A stretch of 64,000 bases of DNA, taken from NCBI RefSeq assembly GCF_963921235.1, contig NC_086097.1, positions 12,338,001-12,402,000 on the forward strand, given 5' to 3'. The notes under the pieces are model-generated. The model was not told where the DNA came from and did no database searches. It saw only the letters and a list, made by a program, of their open reading frames with translations. A program made the translations under genes and the position numbers. Origin of the DNA: Mobula hypostoma (taxonomy: Eukaryota). Below are positions 12,401 through 21,883 of this stretch, in pieces. How positions within the stretch are numbered: the stretch's first letter is position 1; the number at the start of each line of letters is the position of its first letter.

Positions 12401-12483
12401 TTGGTCGGCCTGCCACTTTTACTTTTCTCCTTTGTACTTTTTGCTTCTGTCTTCACTTTACACCCCTCTGTCTCTCTGCACTG
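9432..12483 (-). mobile_element. CR1 LINE copy 2, same subfamily as 1506-5300, 5'-truncated near the start of ORF2
   Basis: Colinear and highly similar to 1515-4540; same tail. Confidence 0.97.
9520..12456 (-). CDS. CR1 ORF2 APE-RT, uninterrupted (track start is GTG)
   Basis: 978-aa open frame with all APE and RT motifs, including GDFN, SDH, QGSVLGP and FADD. Confidence 0.93.
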   Translation of the reverse strand: MKTEAKSTKEKSKSGRPTKPGQALKRATFQHNCIRAKRVVKERLKALCVNARSIRNKVDELKVQIVINDYDIVGITETWLQGDQGWELNVQGYSIFRRGRQEGRGGGVALLVKEEIHAIERRDISREDVESIWVELRNTKGQKTLVGVVYRPPNSSSEVGDGIKQEIRNVCNKGTAVIMGDFNLHVDWVNQIGKGAEEEDFLECMRDGFLNQHVEEPTREQAILDWVLSNEEGLISNLVVRGPLGKSDHNMVEFFIKMESDIVNSETKVLNLKRGNFEGMRRELAKIDWQMTLKGLTVDMQWQAFKACMDELQQLFIPVWQKNKSRKVVHPWLTREIRDSINSKEEAYKLARESGSPEDWEKFRVQQRRTKGLIRKGKKDNERKLAGNIKTDCKSFYRYVKRKRLVKTNVGPLQTETGELIMGSKDMADQLNNYFGSVFTKEDINNLPEIVGDRGSSEMEELSKIHVSREVVLGKLKGLKADKSPGPDGLYPRVLKEVAQEIADALVIIFQNSLDSGLVPEDWRVANVTPLFKKGEREKPGNYRPVSLTSVVGKLLESVIKDVITAHLESGEMIGQSQHGFMKGKSCLMNLIEFFEDVTSRVDRGEPVDVVYLDFQKAFDKVPRRRLVCKLKAHGIGGKVLVWVENWLADRKQRVGINGTFSEWQAVTSGVPQGSVLGPQLFTIYINDLDEGIECSISKFADDTKLGGSVSSEEDAKRMQGDLDRLDEWANSWQMQFNVDKCEVIHFGGKNRKTDYYLNGGRLGKGEVQRDLGVIIHQSLKVGMQVQQAVKKANGMLAFIARGFEYRSREVLLQLYKALVRPHLEYCVQFWFPNLRKDILAIEGVQRRFTRLIPGMAGLSYEERLDELGLYSLEFRRLRGDLIETYKILKGLDRLDAGRLFPMLGKSRTRGHSLRIEGKPFRTEIRKNFFTQRVVNLWNSLPQETVEASSLAIFKRELDMALVATGVRGYGGKAGAGF

Positions 12484-13399
12484 TCTCTATGTCCTTAGAA
12501 TGTGGGGGAAACCAGAGCACCCAGAGAAAACCCTCGCGGTCATGGGGAAAATGCACCGTACAAGCTCCTTACAGGCAGTGGCGGTTGTCAGGGGTTGCTG
12601 GGGCATTGTGGCTCGAATGGCTGAAGGGGGCTAATCTGTGCTGTATCGAAAAAATAGATAAAATAAAATGTGACCATTCACACCTGCAGAGTGTAAGCCC
12701 ACATCCACTGCGCATATTGGGGACTTCTATTCTGCATGCGCACACACGGCTTTCAGCTACTGCCGGTGTCACAACTGAATGTGCTGGGAAGAAAAGAATG
12801 AAGTGTAATACTCCATTCATTTGGCAATTGTTCCATTGCAGTCAGGAGGAGGGCACCGCAGGGAATCTGGTTGACATAGTACCATTCACACTGACAAATT
12901 CAACATCGCTAAGGTCTTACCAATTCCACTTTACTGACTTTTGACCTGTTGTAAAATTACTGTAATGGGAACTGAGCTGAACTCATCTATATTCTCCATC
13001 TATAATCCCACCACCTATATCTCACTAAAGGGACATTTCACAAAGGAATTTCACTTGATAATAATTTACTTTGGTGGGTGAATTTTTTGCACTGAAAAGG
13101 TTAGTTCTGGGGCAGGGGAATATTTTTGTATGACTGCTAAAATTGAACACAGCATAGATCAAAAGCAAAGACTAGTTTTCTGTTTTGCCCAGCCTAGAAG
13201 AAACTGCTGGTATAAGAGAGAGGGAAACAAAACTCAGGTCAAACTGAAACGGAGAAATAGACCTACTCTAAAGTAAATAATATCTACACTTTTAAACTTT
13301 AATAGCTTTTTACCAGGAATTAGGTCTTTGATCAAAAAAATGAGGGATTACAGGTTAAGTTCTTCATATTGATGAGGGCTACTTTGTGTGCTTGATCTA

Positions 13400-14100
13400 G
13401 AATCAGATTTAATATCTTTGATGCATGTCATGAAATTTGTTGTTTTGCAGCAGCAGTACAATGCAATACATATCAAAAATAAAAATTACAATAGAAGTAT
13501 ATATAAAATGCGTAGTAAGTCGTCATTCATTCATATGCGTTGTGTTGCACCATCATTCTCATCATCATTATGTGTCTCGTAATAGGACGTGGGTGATCAT
13601 GGTCTTGACCATGATTGTCCTTGTCAATTTATTCTACAAAAGTGCTTTGCCATTGCCTTCTTCTGATCAGTGTCTTTACAAGACAGTTGACTGCAGCCAT
13701 TATCAATAGCCTTCAGAGATTGTCTGCCTGGCATCACCAGGACCTGTGATGTTCACCAGCTGCTCAAACGGCCATCCACCACCTGCTCCCGTGGCCTCAC
13801 ATGACCCTGATCACGGGCTAAGCATGTGCTACATCTTGCCCAACGATGACTTGCTGGCTAGTGGAGGGAAGGAGTACCTTACATGTCCTTCGGTAGAGAC
13901 GTATGTCCACCCTGCCACCCAAGTTAAATAAATTAAGTAAGTAAAGAGAGAGAGAGAATAAAAGCAAGGTAGTGTACATGGGATCATTGTCCATTCAAAA
14001 ATCTGATAGTGGAGGGGAAGAAGCTGTTTCTGAAACATTGAGTGTGTGTTTTCAGGCTCCTGTACCTCCTCCTTGATGGTAGCAATGAGAAGAGGGCATG
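13400..14100 (-). mobile_element. Rex1-type 3' remnant interrupted by an RTE-related SINE
   Basis: AGAATCAGATTTAATATC..CATGAAATTTGTTGTTTTGCAGCAGCAGTACA tail, then GAAGAAGCTGTTTCTGAA..TGATGGTAGCAATGAGAAGAGGGCATG. Confidence 0.6.
13545..13921 (-). mobile_element. RTE-related non-autonomous element (Bov-A/Sauria-like motif)
   Basis: Minus strand GAAGAAGGCAATGGCAAAGCAC..; further copies at 21495-21743 and 41812-42135. Confidence 0.6.
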
Positions 14101-14364
14101 GAATCAGGGAACTTTTAAGTCTGTTTATTATATGCTATTGATTTGCCAAGTACAAATGAAATGTAAAATGATCCTCCTTGTCTGCCCTAGATAAAAGACC
14201 TTGCAAGCTGTTCTAACTTTGCATAAGGTCTGTTGAACAGGCAGAACGTCTCCAGATATCTTAGTTGAGTCCAGTTTGGCCTTGAAGAATCCCATGAAAA
14301 GGATTTGCAGACACGGAGATGGCACCTCTAACATCATATGATATAAAGACAAGATGTGATTGCA

Positions 14365-14565
14365 GCCTCCTCCCCCCTCCCATTTTCACCTATCACCTAC
14401 CACTGTGTTTTTGTTCCTCCCCGCCCCCCCACCTTCTTGCACTAACTTCTCTTTTTCCCCCGGTCCCGATGTAGGGTCTTGGCCCAAAATGTTGACTGTT
14501 TACTTCTTTCCATAGATGCTGCCTGGCCTGCTGAGTCCCTCCAGTGTTTTGTGTATGTTGCTTGT
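14365..14565 (+). mobile_element. Penelope pLTR remnant with degenerate hammerhead
   Basis: GTCCCGATGTAGGGTCTTGGCCCAAAATGTTGACT..CATAGATGCTGCCTGGCCTGCTGAGT. Confidence 0.65.
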
Positions 14566-14699
14566 ATGATGTAAAACCAGATTTTGGTCAACTTTCAGAT
14601 CCAAGGCAGCCCAGGGTTCGTTTTCTTGCTCTGGTAGTAGGAGCAGACAGGGAGTATCTGCTGCTCTTTTCAAGGCGCTTCACCTCTGATGAGTAGATA

Positions 14700-14968
14700 G
14701 GGGCATCACTGCAGCTTAGTGGTTAGCACAATGCTTTACTGCACCAGCATTTCCTACCACTGCCAGTAAGGAGACTTTCTCCCCATGATGTGCAGGTTTC
14801 CTCTGGGTGCTGCAGTTTCCTCCCACAGTCCAAAGACATACCAGTTCGTAGGTTAATTGGTCATTGTAAATGTCCTGTAATTAGTCAAGGATTAAATTGG
14901 GTGATTGCTCGGAAGGCTGGAAGGGGCTATTCCATGCTGTATCTCAATAAATACAAATACATAAATAA
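14700..14968 (+). mobile_element. V-SINE (HE1-like)
   Basis: V-domain GGTTTCCTCTGGGTGCTGCAGTTTCCTCCCACAGTCCAAAGAC; tail CTGTATCTCAATAAATA. Confidence 0.8.
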
Positions 14969-16134
14969 AAAGCAATCTGCATGAAGGAAAGATGCAGACA
15001 TCTTTTTTTGTTTTGACAACAGTAGCAGGAGACAAAGTAAGAAAATGGTGGTGGAAAGCAAAATTAACACTTTTTTATTCAGAGGTTTACTATCTATTGT
15101 GTTCCTGTGAGGAGTGGCTGAAAGCAGAGAAGAAATGCGTGAATAATTTTTGATTTGATGTTTGTGGGTGCATGTGCAAGAACAAAACAGGAGATTGACT
15201 GAAAAAGGAGGTTTGATAGATGGTATATAGTTACTCATTGATGACGATTTGTGATTAGAAGCTTGCTGGCAGATCGCAGAGTACTGGATGGCCTGCCAAG
15301 GTCACATTGAAGGACAAATTAGGCAATTAGTATGCACATCAGAGCCAGCAAGTTCAAGGGTATTGTTCCAGTGCAATCACATTAGCCAAGCCAATAATGA
15401 ACACTCTGTGTGACCTTAATCATAGAGCCACAACCACGGTCGCTGGGGTGGTAGGAAGGGGGAGAGGGATCAGGAATGGGTGGGAAAGCCTTTTAAACAG
15501 GATTGCAATTTACTTCTTTCAAGTGTCCAAGTCGTAAATTCCTCTTGACTCCTTCACTGTCCGTGTCTGCCTTAATGAGATCAGATTTGATCAGTGCAGT
15601 GATGTGTTCAGAGTGCAATTACACAACAGCGCGTGTGTAGTAATAGAATTTGTGTCTGATGCATGCATAAATCTAACATCATTCTGGACATTTTCATATG
15701 CATAATGTCATTCCATCTCTTTCAGGTAGGGATTTTCTTGCAGAAAATGAAGAATTTTTTCCCATGGCATTCAATTCTTTTTTTTTCCGCTGCAGTTGCA
15801 TGATTTTGTTCCAAGAATGTGCTTAGTAGGAGAATCTTGGGGCACGACTGACAGTTTCTTTCCAAGAGCGACTTCTGACACATTTATCATTTCTCATCCT
15901 CAGGGCTTTGTTATGTAAATGTGGCTGAAATTCGACTCTCCAAAAGTGCCTTTATTTTAGTTATTTTGCTGCAGGGGTTTCCCCTTTAGATAAAAAGGGG
16001 AGAGAAAGGGTGTCAGGGCAGTTAATGGAGGTGGTGGTGGTGGTGGTAGTGGGTGGGGGGTGGGGAGTTGCTCACGATAAGGCCCACTCGTGACCAGAGA
16101 AAAGCCACATACATTACTGGCCATATTCTACAAA

Positions 16135-17215
16135 ACTTCAAAGTAAATTTACTATCAACGTACATATATATCACCACATACTACCCTAATATTTATTTTC
16201 TTGTGGGCATACACAGTAAATCCAAAAAACACAATAGAATCAATGAAAGACTGCACCCAACAGGATGGAAAAACAACCAATATTCAAATCACAATAAACT
16301 GCAAAAACAAAATAAATAATAAATATAATCAAAATCAGAATCAGAATCACTTCAATTCTAGTATGTGAAAGACACTAGAATTGATTGTGGTTCTGAAGCA
16401 AGCATAAAACACAGGACAATACCATAATGGACAATACAACAGCAACCAACAATTTACAAGACAATAGTGCAAAAGGCCAAGAGCAATCAACAATCAGCAG
16501 AACAGTCACATAAGCAAGCGTCAATAATCAAACAAATGAAAGTGAGAATAATAAACAGATTCAATAATTATCAACAGAACAAGGAGAGCAGGAAAGACTA
16601 TTTAATGGATGTTGTGCAGGGGCAGTGAGGGTATTACACCTGGGTGAGTTTTGTTGAGAAGCTGGATAGCTACAGGAAAGGTTTGTAGAAGACATAGCCC
16701 TAGTGGTGATGGACCTGTAGCAACTCCCTGATGGCAATTTGGTGAATAGGTAACTGGTAAGGTAGGTGGAGTCCGCAGTAATTTTTCCAGTTCTTTTCTC
16801 CGCTCTGGTGATGAACGGGTCTTCTAGTTATGATAGCTGACAGCCAATGATCTTCTCCACTGAATGGACCACTCACTGTAATCTGGATTTGGAGAGGTTG
16901 GAGGCAGCAGGAAACCAAATAGAGGTTAGAGGTGATCACAACACTCTCAATATCCTCTTAACACTCTTAATATTTATAATAAAAATAATAAACAAATAAA
17001 TAAGTAAGCAATAAATATTGAGAACATGAGATGAAGAGTCCTTGAAAGTGAGTCCATAGGTTGTGGGAACAGTTCAGTGATGGGGCAATTGAAGTTGAGT
17101 GAAATTATCCCCTTTGGTTCAAGAGCCTGATTGTTGAGGGGTAATAACCGTTTCTTAAAATGGTGGTGTGGGACCTGAGGCTCCTGTACCTTCATCAGTG
17201 TCAATTGCTGATGAT
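16135..17215 (-). mobile_element. Cluster of decayed Rex1-type and non-autonomous retroposon 3' ends
   Basis: 16135-16320 resembles 57030-57200; 16960-17200 resembles 57180-57400; (AATCAG)n tail at ~16332-16349. Confidence 0.55.
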
Positions 17216-17262
17216 GGTCAATTTGTGACAGAGTGTTATTGACTGAAATTGAGGACAAAGTA

Positions 17263-17812
17263 CACTTAGTGCCCACTTTCTTAGGTACATCGGTACAGCT
17301 ACTCGATAATGCAAATATCTAATCAGCCAATCATGTGGCAGCAACTCAATGCATAAAAGCATGCAGAAATGGTCAAGAGATTCAGTTGTTGTTCAGACCA
17401 ACCAGCAAAATGGGGAAGAAATGTGATCTTAGGTGACTTTGACCATGGAATGATTGTTGGTGCCAAATGGGCTGGTTTGAATATCTCAGTATCTCCTGAC
17501 CTCCTTGAATTTTCACACAAAACAGTCTCTAGAGTTTAAAGAAAATGGTGTAGGAAACGAAAAAACATCCAGTGAGTGGCAGTTCTGTGGGCAAAAATAC
17601 TTCGTTAATGAGAAAGATCAGAGGAGAAAGGCTAGACTAGATCAAACTGATAGGAAGGCAACAATTACTCAATAGCCACGTTTTACAACAGAGTTGTGCA
17701 GAAGAGCATCTCTGACTGCACAACATAACGAACCTCGAGGGTGATGGGCTACAGCTGCAGAAGACATACACTCAGTGGCCAGTTCATTAGGTACAGGAGT
17801 TGCCAAAAGTGT
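17263..17812 (+). mobile_element. Non-autonomous Tc1 derivative (left TIR, transposase N-terminus, second TIR copy)
   Basis: TA-CACTTAGTGCCCACTTTCTTAGGTACA start; decayed MGKKCDL..DFDHGMIVGA HTH region; TA-CACTCAGTGGCCAGTTCATTAGGTACA at 17767-17795. Confidence 0.8.
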
Positions 17813-18169
17813 CTTTATTTTAGTTATTTTACTAAAATAAGTGTATTTTAAACTGGGTATAATGCCAACTTCCTATCAGAAATAGAAAACAGTCGCTCTT
17901 TGCTCCCAGTGGAAAACAGGCCATTGATGATCTCCCATCTCCATTGTGTAAAGTCAATGGTATGGTTGGAGTTCATCAATGTTTCTGTAATCCATTGCAT
18001 CCACTGTTCAGTGAATTGGCCTATACAGCTTCACCAGAACCCTGTTGGCCAGCCTCATCCATTTCCATCTCTCACGATGGGGACATAGGAACGTAATCAC
18101 TCTTGTGGAAATTCAGACTGCCAATTTGTGCAGGGCAAACTCCAGTAAACAGGGATAAGACAAATGACT

Positions 18170-18845
18170 GTTTGTTTATTTAGTTAATGATACAGCATTG
18201 AACAGGCCCTTCCAGCCCTACGAGATGCACCACCCAGCAACCTACCTATTTAACACTTGCCCAATCACAGGACAATCTGCATTGACTAATTAACATATCG
18301 GTATGTCTTTGTTTGTCTTTGGACTGTGGGAGGAAACAGGAGCACCAGGGGAAAACTCATGCATTCCACAGGGAGTCCATAAGACCATAAGACCACGAAA
18401 TGGTGAAATAGGCTCCATGGCTGATCTATTTTCCCTCTCAGCCCCAATCTCTTGCCTTCTCCGTGTTCCTTGATGCCCAGACCAGTCAAGAATCTGTCAA
18501 TCCCTGTCTTAAATGTACCTAATGATCTGGACTCTACAGTCACCTGTGGCAACAAATTTCACAGATTCACATCTCTCTGGTTACAGACATTCCTCCTCAT
18601 CTCCATTCCAAATGGATGTCACTCTATTCTGAGGTGGTGTCCTCTGGTCTTAGACTCCCTCACTATAGGAAGCAAACTTTCCACATTCACTCTGTCTGGG
18701 CCTTTCAACATTCAATAGGTTTCAATGAGATCCTTCCTCATTCTTCTAAAGTGAAGATGTACAGACTCCTTGTAGATGACATTGAAATTGAACTCTGAAC
18801 TCCAATGTCTCAAGCTGAAATAGCTCGGCAAATGTTAACAGACAG
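18170..18845 (-). mobile_element. V-SINE (antisense) interrupted by a CR1 3' fragment (~18377-18750)
   Basis: SINE TTTGGACTGTGGGAGGAAAC..CACAGGGAG resumes at GAAGATGTACAGACTCCTT; the insert has a (CCATAAGA)n tail and CR1 3' coding sequence. Confidence 0.75.
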
Positions 18846-19202
18846 ATACATATTGTCCAGGCCATAAAGAAAGCAACAGTTGGCAAATTGTCTGATAATC
18901 ATGTGGCTGAATAATTTGATTTACTTCATACAAAACTTACTTACCACACGCGAATGTCAGTGCCAGGCATTTAACCAGCTCCACTGATAATATAAGGCCT
19001 GTTAAATTAGTGAATAATTTGTAAAGAGCTTAGATTATTAAAAATAAAGCACTTTCATGATATTAGCATCACATAATTAATTTGTGCTTCCTGCATGCTT
19101 GTTATATGCTAGTTTGCTACTTGGCAAACTACATGGTGATTAGAGTCACATACTTTCTGCACCCTGCAGCCTTTTATTGACATGGTTTCACCATTCGAGA
19201 TA

Positions 19203-19240
19203 CAGCACTGTGCAAAAGTCTGGGCACACACACACACACA

Positions 19241-19284
<44 letters not shown>

Positions 19285-19826
19285 GCTAGCATGCCTAAGA
19301 CTTTTACACAGTACTGTATTTGTCAACGTGGAGTGGATCGCGAGTTTGTAAATCTGGCAGGAGCAAAGGATATTGGGAATGGCAAGACTGGAATGCCACA
19401 GAAGGAGTGTGGGATAGATGCCAGAATGATGAGGGTCGAGCGCCACGGGAGAGGTGTGGGACAGGTGACACAGAAGGAGTGCCAGCAGTGGTGGTGGCGC
19501 AGATGCAGACACCAGGCAATGTCATTTGATTCCAAACAATTGGTTAATTGATCATTACAGAATGTATCTCTGGTGCTGCCTGCTCCCTCCCCTCTGCCTT
19601 CCGCTTTCCTTAATCATGATTCTCCGCTCCCTGCCCCCTTCCCATTCTCACTCCACCACAGAGACCCATATCAGAATCAGTTTTAATATCACTCACATGT
19701 GTCATAAGGATTGTTTTTTTTTCTGGCAACAGAACAGTCAATGCATGAAACTACTACAGTACTGTGCAAAAATCTTGGGTCCCTAGCTATATATATATAT
19801 GTGCCTAAGACTTTTATACAGTACTG
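19203..19826. mobile_element. Composite Tc1-type MITE: two mini-palindromic ends around ~440 bp of internal DNA
   Basis: TA-CAG(C/T)ACTGTGCAAAA..GCCTAAGACTTTTA(C/T)ACAGTACTG-TA at both 19203-19316 and 19757-19826; (CA)n inside the left unit. Confidence 0.8.
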
Positions 19827-20280
19827 TAGCTTTTTGAGAATAGTGTTTCCTTTTTAAATATCCTATTCCGTGCATGTACAAATTATTACAAGACTATAGT
19901 ACCATGATACATTTGGATAGGTTTATGATAGGATTAACAATTTGGCATGATTAAGAAAGGTTAAGAGGGAAGTGGGAAGATGGGCAAATAGGACGATTTT
20001 AGTGGGCACCGTGGTTTTCCAATGACACATCGACCATTTTTGTGCTGTATTTGTCTATGATTCTATCAGTCGTGCCTCCAATACTGTTCAGCTCACCTCA
20101 TCTATAGCGGGAGAACACACATCATTCACGTGTGGTGGAAAATTAATGAAACTAAAGATGATACAAACTTTAAAAAAGCAAGAAAATGTTAGAAATGGTC
20201 AACAGTTGAGGCAATAATAGAACAAGAAATGGAATTAATATCGAAGTCAAATCAAGCACAGTCACACAGCTAGTAGATCT

Positions 20281-20692
20281 CACTTACTGCGCGTTACGCT
20301 GCTGGCATTTAGGGCAGCAATGGAGGTCCTCCATCTCGAGTGGGGTTCAGGGCTTCCTTCATCACGTCAATAGCTTCCTCTTGCTTTTCACAACTGTCAG
20401 TCGTGCAGGTCCCAGGTGGAGACTCAGGAAAACCGTCACACTCAGATGTAGATGGATTCTTCATTTCTGTTTCCGTAACAATTTTGTTCCACCAGTTAGA
20501 GTTGTTAGCCCTGAGCTGAACCCCCAAATTTGGAGGACCCGTGAATCACTCTTAGTCTGGTCTCTACCATTCGACTTGTTTGGGGTGGGTGACTCTACCA
20601 AGAGTCAAAGAGTAAAGCCCTGACTCCAGCCAACATAGCTCTCTGGGTCATTGAGGAATATAAGCCTCCAAAGCACAGCTCCTCTTGGAGGA
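20281..20692 (-). mobile_element. Bipartite RTE (Rex3/Expander-like) non-autonomous element
   Basis: Reverse complement of the family at 25985-26306 (GAGCTATGTTGGCTGGAG..GGTTCAGCTCAGGGCTAACAACTCT..). Confidence 0.6.
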
Positions 20693-20963
20693 GCTAGTAG
20701 ATTTGGTGCGTCACATCTCCAGTAACCCCTATTCTGAGCTCTGATGCTGTTTGGAGTTTGCAAGTTTTGCCTGTCAGTCTACTATAGGTGCTCTGGTTCC
20801 CTCCAACATCCTAACTGGAGTTCAGGAAGAGAGGAAAAAGGATCAGCTATGATTGAATGGCAGACTTGATGGGCCAGATGGCCTAATTATGCTCCTATAA
20901 GACATAGGTCTTATGGTCTTATGGTCCTAAGGGCTTGCTGGTTGTAGCTTAATTCGTTTGTTT

Positions 20964-21484
20964 GTTCGCTGCCGCAGCTACTGTGCAATCGAGAATCTCC
21001 GGAGGGTAGGCTCCAAATCTTCGGCTTTGCCTGTTGCTCGGCAGCCAGGGCGGGGTCAAAGCGCTCGGCAGAGGTGGTGCTCGGTGCTCGGTGTCGGAGG
21101 GCTGGTCGGAGGCTCGAAGTTTTCTGACGACTCAGAGTCGGACTGTGGTCGGGTGCTTCCAGAATGCTGCATCGGCAAGTTTGCGGCGCTGGAAGCATGG
21201 CAGGGACAGTTTTCTTCCTTCTCCCGTCTGCGTGAGATCATGGGACTTTCGAGAGACTTTGAACTTTTATTACCGTGCCCATGGCCTGTTCTTCATCAAG
21301 TTACGGTATTGCTTGCACTGTTGTAACTGTATGTTATAATTATGTGGTTTTTGTCAGTTTTTCAGTCTTGGTCTGTCTTGTGTTTCTGTGATATCACACC
21401 AGAGGGACATTGTATCATTTCTTAATGCATGCATTACTAAATGACAATAAAAGAGAACTGCGTGTCCTCATAATCTAATCTAAT
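20964..21484 (+). mobile_element. Young CpG-rich non-coding retroposon, 3' part, (TAATC)n tail
   Basis: Many CpGs retained; LINE-like 3' end ATGACAATAAAAGAGAACTGCGTGTCCTCATAATCTAATCTAAT; no credible ORF. Confidence 0.55.
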
Positions 21485-21494
21485 GTACGTATGA

Positions 21495-21743
21495 AGTGGG
21501 TGATCATGGTCTTTCCATGACCACGATTGTTCTCAGCAAATTTTACCACAGAACTGGTTTGCCATTGCCTTCTGGGCCATGTCTTTACAAGATGGCTGAC
21601 CCCAGGCATTATCAATAATCTTCACACTACTTTAATCGGGGCGGTTGGGGGGAGGTGTTTCAAGCAGGTGCTACATCTTTCCCTAGTGTGACCTGAAGAC
21701 TACCTTACACCTCCTTTGGTAGAGATGCATCTCCACCCTGCCA
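21495..21743 (-). mobile_element. RTE-related non-autonomous element
   Basis: Similar to 13545-13921 (GTTTGCCATTGCCTTC..GGTAGAGATGCATCTCCACCCTGCCA). Confidence 0.6.
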
Positions 21744-21883
21744 TACTGTAGCTTCATGGGCCACTTTAAAATGTCTAATGTGTAGGTGAGCTTTAGAATC
21801 TATCGTTGGAGGAGGGGAGGGGTGGGCGGGAATTGATGGGAATGTGAACATGATGTTTATTTATTTAGTGATACAGTGCAGAA

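Larger units (their letters stand above)
9294..12586 (-). mobile_element. V-SINE (antisense) split into 9294-9431 and 12487-12586 by a CR1
   Basis: ..GACCAATTAACCTACTAACCACTAT joins CTATGTCCTTAGAATGTGGGGGAAACCAGAGCAC..; candidate TSD CTAT at 9428-9431 and 12487-12490. Confidence 0.75.
9088..12668 (+). mobile_element. V-SINE split into 9088-9293 and ~12587-12668 by nested insertions
   Basis: Left piece ends ..GATTAGGTTAGGGTT; right piece resumes TCAGGGGTTGCTG..CTGTATC plus A-rich tail, colinear with the intact copy at 32603-32860. Confidence 0.7.

Noticed and set aside
12387..12944. 185-aa plus-strand ORF
   Set aside because: Spans CR1 antisense, two SINE pieces and unique DNA; no domain or exon signals.
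19174..19551. ORFs with HT or CV dipeptide runs
   Set aside because: Translation of the (CA)n microsatellite.
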